64,000 nt of DNA, taken from an uncultured Gammaproteobacteria bacterium (lineage in GTDB: Bacteria; Pseudomonadota; Gammaproteobacteria; UBA9214). The translations under genes and the position numbers were made by a program. Where the stretch lies: positions 32,001 through 96,000 of the forward strand of contig CAVYZN010000008.1 in NCBI GenBank assembly GCA_963773065.1, given 5' to 3'. Shown here piece by piece: positions 46,621 to 58,609 of this stretch; the first letter of the stretch is position 1; the number at the start of each line of letters is the position of its first letter. Below the pieces are notes generated by a model. That model had not been told where the DNA came from, ran no database searches, and saw only the letters and a program-made list of their open reading frames with translations.

Positions 46621-47493
46621 TCAGCCGTTCAGAGCGGCTGCCATGCCCGCGCCGATCTCGGCCGGCGAACGCACCACCGTGACACCCGCGGCTTGCAGCG
46701 CGGCGATCTTCGCCTCGGCCGTCCCGCTGCCGCCGCTGATGATGGCCCCGGCATGCCCCATGCGTTTACCACGCGGGGCGGTCACCCCGGCGATATAGGC
46801 GGCCACCGGTTTGCTGACATGGCCGCTGATGTAATCAGCCGCGCGTTCCTCGTCATTGCCGCCGATCTCGCCGATCAGGACGATACCGCGGGTCCGGGGA
46901 TCGGCCTCGAACAACTCAAGGCACTCCACGAATCCCAGCCCGTGTATCGGGTCGCCCCCGATGCCGATGCAGGTGCTTTGCCCGAGTCCGTTGCGGGTGG
47001 TTTGAAACACGGCCTCGTAGGTCAGCGTCCCGGAACGCGAGACGATACCGATATCACCCGGCAGATGGATGTTCCCGGGCATGATGCCGATCTTGCAGGC
47101 GCCCGGCGTGATGATGCCCGGACAATTCGGCCCGATCAACCGGGATGCGGAATCCGACAACACGGCCTTGACGCGCAGCATATCGAGTACCGGAATTCCC
47201 TCGGTGATGCAGACGATGAGCCTGATACCGGCCGCCGCGGCCTCCAGGATCGCATCGGCCGCGAAGGCCGCCGGCACGTAGATCACGCTGGCATCCGCGC
47301 CGGTTTCGGCCACGGCATCGCGCACGGTATTGAAAATCGGCAAACCCAGGTGGGTCTGGCCGCCCTTGCCGGGGGTCACCCCGCCGACCAGCCGGGTGCC
47401 GTAGGCGAGCGCCTGCGTGGAGTGGAAGGTGCCCTGCGCCCCGGTAAAGCCCTGGCAGATCACCCGCGTATTTGCGTCAATCAGGATGCTCAT
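46621..47493 (-). CDS. sucD: Succinyl-CoA ligase alpha subunit
   Basis: [35 protein letters not shown]. Confidence 0.96.
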   Translation of the reverse strand: MSILIDANTRVICQGFTGAQGTFHSTQALAYGTRLVGGVTPGKGGQTHLGLPIFNTVRDAVAETGADASVIYVPAAFAADAILEAAAAGIRLIVCITEGIPVLDMLRVKAVLSDSASRLIGPNCPGIITPGACKIGIMPGNIHLPGDIGIVSRSGTLTYEAVFQTTRNGLGQSTCIGIGGDPIHGLGFVECLELFEADPRTRGIVLIGEIGGNDEERAADYISGHVSKPVAAYIAGVTAPRGKRMGHAGAIISGGSGTAEAKIAALQAAGVTVVRSPAEIGAGMAAALNG

Positions 47494-47516
47494 CGGTCAG
47501 TGCCTGCAGGCACACA

Positions 47517-48684
47517 TCAGCGCGGCTGAGCCGCGGCCACCGCCTGCCGTGCCGCCTCGGTCAGGTCCCCGGCGGTTTGTACGGCGAGGCCGGATTGGCG
47601 TATCAGCGCCAGGCCTTCGGCGGCATTGGTGCCTTCCAGACGCACCACCACGGGCACGGTTACGGCGACCTCCTTGATTGCCTGCAGGATACCTTCGGCG
47701 ATGAGGTCGCAACGCACGATCCCGCCGAAGATATTGACCAGGATCGCGCGCACCCCGCCGTCACCCAGGATCAGCTTGAAGGCTTCCGCCACCCGCTCGG
47801 CGGTCGCGCCGCCGCCCACATCGAGAAAGTTGGCCGGCTCGCCCCCGTGGAGCTTGATCAGGTCCATGGTGGCCATGGCCAGCCCGGCGCCATTGACCAT
47901 GCAGGCGATGTTGCCATCCAGTGCGATGTAATTCAGCCCATGCGCCCTGGCGGCATGCTCGCGCGCATCCTCCTGAGTGGCATCCTGCAGATCGGCCAGG
48001 TCCTTGTGACGAAACAGGGCATTGTCATCCAGGTCCAGCTTCGCATCCAGCGCCAGCAGTTCGCCGGTTCCGGTGACGACCAGTGGATTGATTTCGAGCA
48101 GACTGGCATCGCATTCATTCACCAGCCGGCAGGCAGCGGCCAGCAGGCTGGTAAAGGCGCCGACCTGCCTGCCCCCAAGGCCCAGTCCGAACGCGAGATT
48201 GCGGCACTGATACATCTGCAGTCCTGCCGCCGGAATGACCGTCTCGGTCAGGATGGCGCCCGGATCCCGGGCGGCCACTTCCTCGATGTCCATGCCCCCG
48301 GACGCCGAGGCCATGACCACGATGCGTTCCCGGCCGCGATCGACCAGCATGCCGAGGTAGAACTCCCGCTCCAGGGCGACGGTTTCCTCGACCAGAACGG
48401 AATTGACCGGCAGCCCGGCCGGCCCGGTTTGCCGGGTTACGAGGCGGGAGCCCAGCATGGCATCGACCGCCGCTTCCAGTTCGGCCTTACCGGCTACATG
48501 CTTCACACCGCCGGCCTTGCCGCGTCCGCCGGCATGCACCTGCGCCTTGACGATCCAGGTATCGCCACCCACGATAGCGGCAACTCGCGGCGGCATCGGC
48601 CGATGAAGCCAGCACGGCGCCGGCCGGAACCGGTATGCCATACGTTGTAAACAACCGTTTTGCCTGGTATTCGTGCAGGTGCAT
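47517..48684 (-). CDS. sucC: Succinyl-CoA ligase beta subunit (frameshift near 48590)
   Basis: MHLHEYQAK, VKAQVHAGGRGKAGG, EINPL, GAGLAMATMD, NFLDVGGG. Confidence 0.94.
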
Positions 48685-48785
48685 GCTGGCAGTGTTTCAA
48701 ATAATGGGTAGTATTGTAAAGGAATCCGTGCAATGGTTGCGGCCATCCCGCCGGCGTCCGAAACACAAGGGGAGACTTATCACGG

Positions 48786-49016
48786 ATGCCCGGCCGAATA
48801 CTCCTTATCCTGATCGTCGTTGCCATTGCCATCCTGGTGGTGAGGCGTTTGATAAAATCTTCCTCCCGAGCCGTGACGCGAGGAATAAGGCCACCGGGAC
48901 AGCCCGGATGGTGCAATGTGCGCAGTGCGGGTTGTACCTGCCAGAACGGGAAGCCATCAGCCATGAAGGACGATACTATTGCTCGCAGGCACATCGCCAG
49001 GATCACACAATCCTGA
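48786..49016 (+). CDS. PP0621-family small membrane Zn-ribbon protein (frameshifted)
   Basis: N-terminal TM (RILLILIVVAIAIL) then MVQCAQCGLYLP..EA....YYCS.AH in another frame; usual position upstream of pilS. Confidence 0.75.
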   Translation: MPGRILLILIVVAIAILVVRRLIKSSSRAVTRGIRPPGQPGWCNVRSAGCTCQNGKPSAMKDDTIARRHIARITQS

Positions 49017-49076
49017 TTCGTCCGCAGGCGCCTAACGCACATCACAGCCCAACGGTATTTACAGTAAACTCACGCC

Positions 49077-50738
49077 ATGGATGCCATACTCGAGGACCGC
49101 ATCGAGGCACAGAAGGGTCGCGATGCCCTGACCTGGAAACCGTTACGGCTCCTGACCTTCTACCGGCTGATTCTCGCCGGCATGCTGATGGTGCTGTTTT
49201 TCGGGCTTGCGGATAATTCCGCGCTGGGGGAGGCAAATCCCGCACTTTATACCCTCACCTGCACCCTCTACCTCGGATTCAGCCTGGTCGCGGGATTCAT
49301 GGCGCGGCTGCGCCGGCCCGGCTATGAACTGCAAACGATCGTACAGATACTGATTGATATCCTTGCTATCACTCTCCTGATACACGCCAGCGGCGGACCG
49401 GCCAGTGGCCTGGGCATCCTGCTGATCATCACCGCGGCAACCGGCAGCCTGCTGATGCCGGGCCGCATGGCCTTCCTGTTCGCGGCCGTAGCCGCCATGG
49501 CGATCCTCTGCGAGCAAATCTACAGCACCCTGGTCATCCAACTGCCGCGGGAAGGCGGCTACACCCAGTCAGGACTGCTGGGCGCCGCCCTGTTTGCGAC
49601 CGCGAGCCTTGCGTATTTAATGGCGCGCCGGATCCATGCAAGCGAGGCATTGGCGCGTCGCCGTGGCGTTGATATCGCCAACCTGGCCAAACTCAACGCC
49701 CACATCGTGCAGCGCCTGCAGGCCGGCATCCTCGTCACCGATCACCGGCATACCATACGCCTGATCAACGATACGGCACGTAAACTTCTCGATATTCCCA
49801 AGGACGGCGAGGGACGGGCGCTAGCGGAATTATCGCCCGCGCTTTATGAAAAACTGATGCAGTGGCGTAGCTTCCCGGACAAGGAAGCCGGTTTGTTGAA
49901 ATCCGCTGCGAATGCAACCACCATCCTGCCACAGTTCACCTTGCTGGGTACCGCGGATGGCCTCGGCGCGCTTATTTTTCTCGAAGACACCGCCGCCTTG
50001 GCACGGCAGGCTCAGCAAATGAAACTGGCATCGCTGGGGCGCCTGACCGCCAGTATCGCCCATGAGATCAGGAACCCCCTCGGCGCCATCAGTCATGCCG
50101 CCCAGTTGTTGAACGAGTCGGATGCCCTGGACCATGAGGACCATCGCCTCATGGCGATCATCCGTGAGCATACCCGGCGCGTCAACACCGTGGTGGAGAA
50201 CGTGCTCCAGCTATCCCGACCGGGCGCCTCCATCCCACAGCGGATCGCACTGCTCCCATGGCTGGAGAAATTCAGGGATGAATTCATTCACAGCGGACAT
50301 TGCAGCGCCGACCAGATAGCCATCACGGTCAAGCCGAAGGATATCGAGGTATACATGGATCCAAGCCAGTTGCACCAGGTGGTGTGGAATCTGTGCCAGA
50401 ATGCCTTTCACCATGTAAAACTAGCCGATCTGCCTGTTAAATTGCAGCTTATGGGTGTCCAGACGGACATCCACCATGCGCCCCACCTTGATATCATCGA
50501 CAACGGAACCGGGATTGAACCGGATATGGCGGAACAGATATTCGAACCTTTTTTCACCACCAAGAGCGGCGGTACCGGGCTGGGCCTGTACATCTCCCGG
50601 GAAATCTGTGAAAGCAACCAGGCCCGCCTGAGCTACCAGCCGGCGCCTGATGGCGGCAGTTGTTTCCGCATCACCTTCCCCTATCATCAGGCTCTGCCTG
50701 TTCCCACCTTCGCACTGAAGAAACCGCTACGCTTATGA
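49077..50738 (+). CDS. pilS: Sensor histidine kinase PilS
   Basis: Multiple TMs, LGRLTASIAHEIRNPLGAISHAAQLL, FEPFFTT..GTGLGL. Confidence 0.92.
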   Translation: MDAILEDRIEAQKGRDALTWKPLRLLTFYRLILAGMLMVLFFGLADNSALGEANPALYTLTCTLYLGFSLVAGFMARLRRPGYELQTIVQILIDILAITLLIHASGGPASGLGILLIITAATGSLLMPGRMAFLFAAVAAMAILCEQIYSTLVIQLPREGGYTQSGLLGAALFATASLAYLMARRIHASEALARRRGVDIANLAKLNAHIVQRLQAGILVTDHRHTIRLINDTARKLLDIPKDGEGRALAELSPALYEKLMQWRSFPDKEAGLLKSAANATTILPQFTLLGTADGLGALIFLEDTAALARQAQQMKLASLGRLTASIAHEIRNPLGAISHAAQLLNESDALDHEDHRLMAIIREHTRRVNTVVENVLQLSRPGASIPQRIALLPWLEKFRDEFIHSGHCSADQIAITVKPKDIEVYMDPSQLHQVVWNLCQNAFHHVKLADLPVKLQLMGVQTDIHHAPHLDIIDNGTGIEPDMAEQIFEPFFTTKSGGTGLGLYISREICESNQARLSYQPAPDGGSCFRITFPYHQALPVPTFALKKPLRL

Positions 50739-52090
50739 GCATCCACCTGGCGCTGGTCGTCGATGATGAACCCGATATCCGCGAACTGCTCGAACTAACC
50801 CTCGGGCGCATGAATATCGACACACGCAGCGCCGCCAACCTGCATCAGGCACGCGCCCTGCTGGAAACAGAGCACTTCGATGTCTGTCTGACCGATATGC
50901 GCCTTCCGGATGGCAACGGCATCGACCTGGTGCGCCATATCCAGCAACAGTCTCTGAATGTACCGGTCGCGGTCATCACCGCCTACGGCAACGTGGATTC
51001 GGCCGTCGAGGCGCTCAAGGCCGGCGCCTTTGATTTCATATCCAAACCGGTTGACCTGCAGGTGCTGCGCAACCTGATCGGGAGCGTATTGAAATTAACG
51101 GACGATTACACCGAACGCGACCGGCGCAGCCGTGAGACCCTGCTGGGTGATTCACAGGCCATGTGCGCCATCCGCTCCACGGTGGAGAAGCTTTCCCGCA
51201 GCCAGGCGCCGGTCTACATCAGTGGCGAGTCCGGCACCGGCAAGGAACTGGTAGCGAAGCAGATCCACACCAAGGGACCGCGCGGGGACTGCCCGTTCGT
51301 GCCCGTCAACTGCGGCGCCATTCCCACCGAACTCATGGAGAGCGAGTTCTTCGGCCATAAAAAAGGCAGCTTCACCGGAGCGTTCAGCGACAAGGATGGC
51401 TTGTTCCAGATCGCCGCCGGCGGGACCCTGTTTCTGGATGAAATCGCGGAGCTTCCGTTGCATATGCAGGTCAAGTTGTTGCGCGCCATCCAGGAGAAAG
51501 CGGTGCGCCCGGTCGGCGCCCAGCAGGAAATCCAGACCGATGTCCGCATCCTGTCGGCAACCCACAAAAATCTCGGTCAACTGGTCGAGAGCGGCCAGTT
51601 CCGGCAGGATCTCTATTACCGCCTGAACGTCATCCAGCTGCAGGTTCCGGCATTGCGGGAACGCCGCGAGGATATCCCGATGCTGGCGGAGCATTTCCTG
51701 AAACAACTGGCCAGTCGCAACGACCATGCGGCGTACCGGCTCGCCGCTGACGCCCTGCAGGCACTGTCAGATTATCATTTCCCGGGCAATGTCCGGGAAC
51801 TGGAGAATATTCTCGAACGGGCCACTACCCTGTGCGAGGGCAGTTTGATTTCGGCCACCGATCTGCAATTGCCCGATACGGCAAGGGCCGATGATGACTC
51901 CCTGTCTGAGGCAGTACCGGAACCGAGGCCGGGAGCCACGCCCCTGGATACCTATATGAATACCGTAGAGAAGGAAGCCCTGCTCAAGGCGCTGGAACAA
52001 ACACGCTATAACAAAACCGCCGCCGCCAAATTGCTCGGCATCACCTTTCGGGCTCTGCGCTACCGCCTCAAGAAACTCGGTCTGGAATAA
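50735..52090 (+). CDS. pilR: Sigma54-dependent response regulator PilR
   Basis: Receiver domain, GESGTGKE, GSFTGA, Fis-type HTH with FRALRYRLKKLG. Confidence 0.93.
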   Translation: MSIHLALVVDDEPDIRELLELTLGRMNIDTRSAANLHQARALLETEHFDVCLTDMRLPDGNGIDLVRHIQQQSLNVPVAVITAYGNVDSAVEALKAGAFDFISKPVDLQVLRNLIGSVLKLTDDYTERDRRSRETLLGDSQAMCAIRSTVEKLSRSQAPVYISGESGTGKELVAKQIHTKGPRGDCPFVPVNCGAIPTELMESEFFGHKKGSFTGAFSDKDGLFQIAAGGTLFLDEIAELPLHMQVKLLRAIQEKAVRPVGAQQEIQTDVRILSATHKNLGQLVESGQFRQDLYYRLNVIQLQVPALRERREDIPMLAEHFLKQLASRNDHAAYRLAADALQALSDYHFPGNVRELENILERATTLCEGSLISATDLQLPDTARADDDSLSEAVPEPRPGATPLDTYMNTVEKEALLKALEQTRYNKTAAAKLLGITFRALRYRLKKLGLE

Positions 52091-52140
52091 CTACACCGAC
52101 CACCAACGGCGGAACCTGTCCCCGGCGCGAAGTGCTTGCA

Positions 52141-52159
52141 AGTGACGTAATACGTCACT
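52141..52159. promoter_or_regulatory. Perfect palindrome, candidate PilR enhancer site
   Basis: AGTGACGTA-A-TACGTCACT about 190 bp upstream of the putative sigma54 promoter. Confidence 0.45.
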
Positions 52160-52343
52160 ATCTGACCAATTTTGCGTACCTCATCACAGTTTCGTTGGCA
52201 ACGGATAGGAGATCTCAGGTGTCTTGCCGATGACCAGCTTAACCACGATCATCCCCCAATCAATCTGTAATTCATTGTTTTTATTGTTTACTACAATCGA
52301 CTCCTTCAGACACCGACGAGAATCTGGAATACAAAAAAGTAAC

Positions 52344-52359
52344 TGGCATGGATCCTGTA
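52344..52359 (+). promoter_or_regulatory. Putative sigma54 promoter of pilA (non-canonical -12)
   Basis: TGGCATGGATCCTGTA = GG-N10-GT instead of GC; context downstream of pilSR. Confidence 0.5.
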
Positions 52360-52481
52360 TCTGAATTAACAGCCAAAGAATTCGGGCATCCGCCCGATAG
52401 CAAGGGCTACACAGGGAAGCTCCGTATCGGGCTAACAGACAGGATGTCTATCGAGATCAACAAACCACAGAGGGCATCACC

Positions 52482-52943
52482 ATGAAACAGCAACACGGCT
52501 TTACACTGATCGAACTGATGATCGTGGTCGCAATTATCGGCATTCTGGCCGCCATCGCGATCCCGGCCTATCAGGACTACACCGTCCGCACCAAGGTCTC
52601 CGAGGGTCTGAACATGGCCGGCGCCGCCAAGCTGGCCGTCGCCGAGACCTTTGACAGTAAGGGTTATATGCCAACGGGTGGCAACGCGAGCTTCGGGTTG
52701 CCGGGTGCTGCGAGTATCGCATCGCAGTATGTCGCCCAGTCGACGTGGGAACCAGCTGGCGGGTTCATCACGATCACGTATGCGGCAACTGGCTTGGGCG
52801 GCAACCCGCCGGCCGATGGCTCAACCCTCGTGCTGTGTGCCGATCACTGCCAACTCAGGGGCGTTGGATTGGGAGTGCAACGACAGCCGCACGTTGCTGG
52901 TACTTTGCTTACCAAGTACCGGCCGTCGGAATGCCGTCCGTAA
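52482..52943 (+). CDS. pilA: Type IV major pilin
   Basis: G|[27 protein letters not shown]; C-terminal KYRPSECR; probable compensating indels around 52835-52890. Confidence 0.95.
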   Translation: MKQQHGFTLIELMIVVAIIGILAAIAIPAYQDYTVRTKVSEGLNMAGAAKLAVAETFDSKGYMPTGGNASFGLPGAASIASQYVAQSTWEPAGGFITITYAATGLGGNPPADGSTLVLCADHCQLRGVGLGVQRQPHVAGTLLTKYRPSECRP

Positions 52944-52964
52944 TACCGCTGAGCTGAGCAGCAC

Positions 52965-52992
52965 AAAAACGCCCCGGCAACGGGGCGTTTTT
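52965..52992 (+). terminator. Rho-independent terminator after pilA
   Basis: AAAAACGCCCCG-GCAA-CGGGGCGTTTTT. Confidence 0.9.
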
Positions 52993-53119
52993 ATTAATGG
53001 CATCATGTTTCCCGCGACGTCTGCCCACCGGGTGAAAATAAAATCATGGAATCCCTGCGGTCAATCCAGTGAACAAATCAGTGCAAGTCTGTCGCTCCAT
53101 CGGGATATAGTTAGTACTC

Positions 53120-55083
53120 ATGAGCAAATCTCACACCCCTACCGCTGCTACCTTGTTATTCGTGCTGATCGGTGTGCTCACAGCCGCCATCTACCTTCCG
53201 GGCCTCGCGGGCGACTACGTTTTTGATGACCTGCCGAACCTGCTGCACAACAAACGCCTGCAGATCGATTCCCTCCACATGGAATCGCTTCAGGGCGCCG
53301 CGTTCTCATCCGGCGCCGGTATACTGCGCCGGCCGGTCAGCATGGTGAGCTTTGCGCTGAACCGCTACTTCTTCGGAGTCGCCCCCTACTCCTACAAGGT
53401 GGTCAACCTGGTCATCCATTTGCTGACCGGACTCGGCCTGTTCCTGTTCAGCCGGCTGCTGGTACGCACTTACCGGCTATATCACAAGCCGGATTTGCCC
53501 GAGGCGGCCGTGGCCTGGCTGCCGGTCGTGGTCAGCGGACTGTGGCTGGTACACCCCCTGAACCTGACCTCGGTACTCTACATCGTGCAGCGCATGACCA
53601 GCCTGGCAACGCTGTTCATGGTGTGCGGGCTGTGCCTGTATGTTGCCGGCAGACACCGGATGCTTGACAACCAGCGCGGCCTGCCCTTGATCCTGACCGG
53701 TCTGCTGGTCTTTGGCGGGCTGGCGACTCTTCAGCAAGGAGAGCGGGGTCCTGCTGCCGCTGTATATGCTGGTCGTGGAAATGACACTGTTCCGCTTCAA
53801 GAGCAGCAAGGGACAATCCGACAAAACGGTGATTGCCTTCTTCCTTGCGACCGTGGCGGTCACCGGCCTGCCTGTTTCTGCTGTATCTGGCGATGCATCC
53901 CGCCGCGATTCTTGGCGGTTACAACGGCCGGGACTTTACCTTGACAGAACGGCTGCTCACCGAGTCGCGGGTGCTGGTGTTTTATCTGAAAATGATCATC
54001 ATGCCCTCGATCACCGAACTGGGTCTGTATCATGATGACATTGCCATCTCGCATGGCCTGCTGGATCCGCCCGCCACACTCTACTCGCTGGCCACACTCG
54101 CGGGACTGCTGCTCGGGGCCTTGCTGTTGTTGAAGAAACGCCCGCTGGTCAGTCTCGGCATCCTCTGGTTTTTCGCCGGGCATGTGCTGGAGTCCACCAT
54201 ATTCCCGCTGGAGATCGCCCATGAACACCGGAATTACCTGGCCGATTACGGCATCCTTCTCGCCGCAACCATGTGCGGTTGCACAAGCGCCAATGCGCCG
54301 ATTGGCTCCGGTAATCCAGGACTGCGGTACCGCTGGTGTTCTTTTTTCTGTTTTCCTCCACGACATGGCTGCGGGCCAATCAATGGTCCGACAATATCAG
54401 CCATGCCATCTACGAGGCGAGACACCACCCGGAGTCCTTCCGCGCGGTCTTCGCGGCCGGCCGTATTCATGGCCGTCTGGCGATTCAAGGCCAGCCCGGC
54501 AGCGAGGAAAAAGCCTATGCCTACCTTGACCGGGCCGGCGAACTGGACAAGATCGGCATCATGTCCGAAGTGACCAAGATCAAACTCAGCTATATCCTGG
54601 GGAATCCTGTAAAAGACTGCGTGGTTTGAGGATATACTTTACAAGCTTGCCCATTACCCGGTAACGGCTTCCGACATAATAAGCCTGCAGGAACTGGCAA
54701 GCTGTATCGGGGACAAGTGCGATGTCCCTCCCGAGACGATGGAGTCGATATTCGCCCTGGCTCTCAAGCATGAAAATGCACTACTGCTCACCATATACGG
54801 ATATTACACGATCAATAAACGCGGAAATTTCCCCAAGGGATTGGAGCTGTTTAACCGTGCCGTCGAACTCAGCCCGCGGGAACCCCAGCTCTGGATCAAC
54901 CTCATCAAGCTGCTGATAGTCATGCAAAGACCCGATGAAGCGGAGGAAAAGCTGATGCTGTTCATGGCAGCCGACACCCATGGCGGCAACGCGGCGGATT
55001 ATCGCAGTTTACAGGAATCCATTGATGCGCTACGCAAGGCGCAATCCTCTTCCGCGCAGATCAGTACTTCAGGCGACGGTTAA
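53120..55083 (+). CDS. GT-C-type membrane glycosyltransferase with C-terminal TPRs (TfpW/TMTC-like), multiple frameshifts
   Basis: FDD first loop, RPVSM.SFALN, HPL..TSVLYIVQRMT, SKE, EHRNYL, many TMs, TPR-like tail; fragments 53120-53944, 53712-54035, 53833-54573, 54336-54629, 54739-55083. Confidence 0.75.
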
Positions 55084-55086
55084 ATT

Positions 55087-55975
55087 ATGGCGCGTGATAT
55101 CAGCATCATCCTGCCGGCAAAGAACGAGGCCGACAGCCTGAGAAATCCTGTTACCCAAACTGCGCCAGCATTACCCAGAGGAAGAAATCATCGTTGTGAA
55201 TGATGGCTCAATTGATAATACCGCTGAAATCTGCAACCAGAATCACGTCAGGGTCGTGTCGCATGTCTATTCCATGGGCAACGGCGCAGCCATCAAGACG
55301 GGGGCGCGAAACGCCTCGGGCGATATCCTGGTTTTCATGGACGCCGATGGCCAGCATGACCCCGCGGATATCAATCGCCTGATAGAGAAACTGGATGCCG
55401 GTTTTGATATGGCGGTCGGAGCGCGCCAGACAGATACCCATGCCTCCCTGGCCCGCAGGATGGGCAATTCTATATACAACAGGCTGGCATCCTGGATGAC
55501 CAGTTATCCGATAGAGGATCTGACATCGGGGTTTCGTGCGGCAAGAGCGAGACACTTCAAGCGGTTTCTTTATCTACTGCCCAATAAATTCTCCTACCCG
55601 ACGACAATCACGATGGCCTTCTTCCGGGCAGGCTTGCCTGTTGCCTATGTTCCGATCCAGGCCATAAACAGGCAGGGAAATAGCAAAAGCCATATCCGGT
55701 TATTTCATGACGGATTGAGGTTCTTTATTATCATCCTGAAAATCGGCGCCCTTTTTTCTCCAATGCGCTTCTTCCTGCCGATCAGTGCCCTGCTATTCCT
55801 GGCCGGCATAAGCTATTACGGCTATACCTATATCAACTGGGGCCGACTCACTAACATGAGCACAATACTTATCCTGTCGTCATTATTTACATTCCTGATC
55901 GGAATCGTTTCCGAACAAATCTCCGCACTGCATTACAAGGATATTGAGGAAACCATGCGACACACAGAAAGATAA
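55087..55975 (+). CDS. GT2 polyprenyl-phosphate glycosyltransferase (DPM1-like), frameshift near 55145
   Basis: ISIILPAKNE, VNDGS.D.T, FMDADGQH, DLTSGFR, two C-terminal TMs. Confidence 0.85.
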
Positions 55976-56044
55976 ATTGCTGTTTCTCACATTGAGGATT
56001 ATGTAAAACTCCGCCGACTGTGACGATATCCGATTACCGTAATC

Positions 56045-56952
56045 ATGCACGTCAAGACCAAACTGTCGGTTGTCATTCCCGCTTTCAGCGGACTAGATCA
56101 ACTTAAACAGTGCCTGCAGGCACTGGAACATGGCGACTACCATAATTTCGACACCTTCGTGGTCGACCATGGCACGACAAATGCACTCACTACCTTGCTT
56201 AGTATGCAATATCCCAAGGTATACTTTTTGCGTGGGACTCCTGAACTGTGGTGGACTGGAGCGACAAACCTAGGAATAAGGCGTGCATTAGCTAATGGCA
56301 GTGATGCAATCATGCTGCTTAATCATGACTGCTATGTCCAGGCAGATACGATCGTCAAATTACTGCGCCATGCAGAGGACAACCCGGGCTGCGTTATAGC
56401 CCCCGAACAATTTGAAATCCGCACAAAACGGGTAATCATCGGCGCCACAAGCATTTTGACCTTTGGGCTTTCCGACAATCATTCCACCGGCATGGTGGTA
56501 CAGATGCATTTACGGTTCTGACCTAATACCAACACGCTTAATAGCTGGCGGACGCGGTGTGGTTATTCCTGCCGGTATATTTCACGAGGTTGGATATTTC
56601 GACGAAAAAAGACTACCGCACTATTATGCAGATCATGACTTCTATTACCGCTGCGTGAAAGCCGGTGTCAGACTTTTCGTCTGCACCGACGCCAAGGTAT
56701 GCATATAATGACGAGATGACTTCATACGCAAACAGGACTGAGAATTTATCCTATGCCGGATTCAGAAAATCATTGGCAAGCAGAAACTCTCACCGCAATC
56801 TGCGAGACTTACATGCTCTTTTTTCAAAACACTGTGCACTACGGTCATTCGCGGCTATCGGGGTGGCACTTAATCTGGCACGATATTCCATAGTTTATTT
56901 ATTCAAATATTTCAGCCGAAAAATATCACTTGCCAGCTCACTACACCGGTAA
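56045..56952 (+). CDS. GT2 family glycosyltransferase (three frames)
   Basis: SVVIP, VVDHG, LWWTGATN.G, LLNHD, GYFDE..PHYYADHDF. Confidence 0.8.
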
Positions 56953-57034
56953 TTCGTTGATTCTACCGGCTCCTTCAAACTCAATCGTAGAATCAATGGT
57001 TAGAATGAGCGCTTCCATCTAATTTGCATAGCCG

Positions 57035-57844
57035 CTAGGAACCAAGAAATTCCTGAAGCGTGTCTCTTCTAAATACCTCCAGTTTACCGCCAGTTGTGCA
57101 GTTGGTGATCTCTCTGTCATGGGCTGTATACACCTGTCTCGCACGCCCGTACCAGACTTCACTCTCAAACAAATCTGGCAGGTGCCACTTCATTCCTCCC
57201 GCAAAATAATTCGGATCAAAGTGACTCTCATCCTTATCACCAGAGGTCACGACTTTGTTAGCCGGGCCGTTAGCCGCATAATTATGATCTGCCCCAACCA
57301 ACGCGACTCGGTGGAATCCCATGTGAAACGCGAGTTGCAAGGTAACCACGGTTACTGTATGGCCCTGAAACAGGCTCATAGATACATCCTTGGCAAATTT
57401 CTGATGATTTGTACTATGCAGGAAGGTAATGTTCTTTCGTGGTTTAACGAGTTTTTTCGAGGCGGCATAGCTGTCTAAATACAGTTCAATATCGGTCTGA
57501 TTGAAATACTCGGCATTTTGTTCGATTACGAACGGATTTACCGAGATAATACAATGCGGCCGGAAATCTACTTTTTCAAATAACAGGTTGATCTTATTAA
57601 GTCCGAAGCAAAAGGCCGGTGACGAACCAAGGAGTTGAAAATCGACATTCATCAGCGAAGGACCATTACACAGTATTACCGCCTTCTGGCCGACATGGCT
57701 GTCCTTGACTTCTTTCAGCCTCTTTCTTGAAACAAAAGACTGGAACTGCAAATCCCATCTCAGCCGGTTAAAAATCATGTCCAATCCATGCAGATATGGA
57801 TTGACCTGATTTCTAGTCATTACCAGCGGATTTTCTTTATCCAT
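57035..57844 (-). CDS. DUF115/Maf-like putative glycosyltransferase (MptE-like fold annotation)
   Basis: AVILCNGPSL, FGLNKI, LQLAFHMGF..V.LVGADH, HFDPNYF, NCT.GGKLEVF. Confidence 0.75.
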   Translation of the reverse strand: MDKENPLVMTRNQVNPYLHGLDMIFNRLRWDLQFQSFVSRKRLKEVKDSHVGQKAVILCNGPSLMNVDFQLLGSSPAFCFGLNKINLLFEKVDFRPHCIISVNPFVIEQNAEYFNQTDIELYLDSYAASKKLVKPRKNITFLHSTNHQKFAKDVSMSLFQGHTVTVVTLQLAFHMGFHRVALVGADHNYAANGPANKVVTSGDKDESHFDPNYFAGGMKWHLPDLFESEVWYGRARQVYTAHDREITNCTTGGKLEVFRRDTLQEFLGS

Positions 57845-57856
57845 GGAACGGACTCT

Positions 57857-58609
57857 TTACTCTGGGTCATGGAGTCTGACAGCAATGCCGCCATTAATAT
57901 CAAGCGCGGTGCCGGTTATGGATGCGGACTGATCGGATATTAGAAACAATGCTGCGGCCGCAATCTCCTCCGGCTTGGCCAAACGATTTGCCGGATGATA
58001 GTCCTTAAGCCTGCCATAAGCCGCCTCGTTATCACGGAATCCCGCGCGCAGCATGTCAGTATCGGTCGCCCCCGGCTGGATGATATTAATGCGTATCCTG
58101 CCTCCCAAATCAACAGCCAGGGATCGGGTAAGACCCAGCAGTGCGGCCTTGCTGGTCGCATAAGAAATGAAAGACGGCTTGGTTAATCTCGAGTGAATAC
58201 TGCCAATGTTAACGACACTACCCTTCGCTGTTGTCAGGGATTCCTGAAACATCTGTATCAGCAGCAATGGTGCTGTCACATTGACATCGATTGACTGTTG
58301 AAAGTCGGCCAGTTCCATGTTTTCCAGATGTGAGAGTTTCTGCACCGCCGCATTATTGATCAAACCCTTCAAAGTCCTTCCTGAAAGAGAATTACTGATG
58401 TATCCCAGAAAGTGACGTCGCGTTTCTTCATCGCGAACGATCATTGATAGATCAGCTTGCACATAACCATCACAGTCACAGTCGCCTATCAGTTCAGCAA
58501 GGTCAGTAGCCAGAACATAATATCCTGAGCCTCGGAACGCCGTGCACAAGGCCATTCCGATCCCGCCCCTGGCACCGGTTATCAGCACCGCATTACTTCG
58601 GGTACTCAT
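57857..58609 (-). CDS. SDR family oxidoreductase
   Basis: ITGARGGIG, INNAA, YATSK. Confidence 0.88.
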   Translation of the reverse strand: MSTRSNAVLITGARGGIGMALCTAFRGSGYYVLATDLAELIGDCDCDGYVQADLSMIVRDEETRRHFLGYISNSLSGRTLKGLINNAAVQKLSHLENMELADFQQSIDVNVTAPLLLIQMFQESLTTAKGSVVNIGSIHSRLTKPSFISYATSKAALLGLTRSLAVDLGGRIRINIIQPGATDTDMLRAGFRDNEAAYGRLKDYHPANRLAKPEEIAAAALFLISDQSASITGTALDINGGIAVRLHDPE

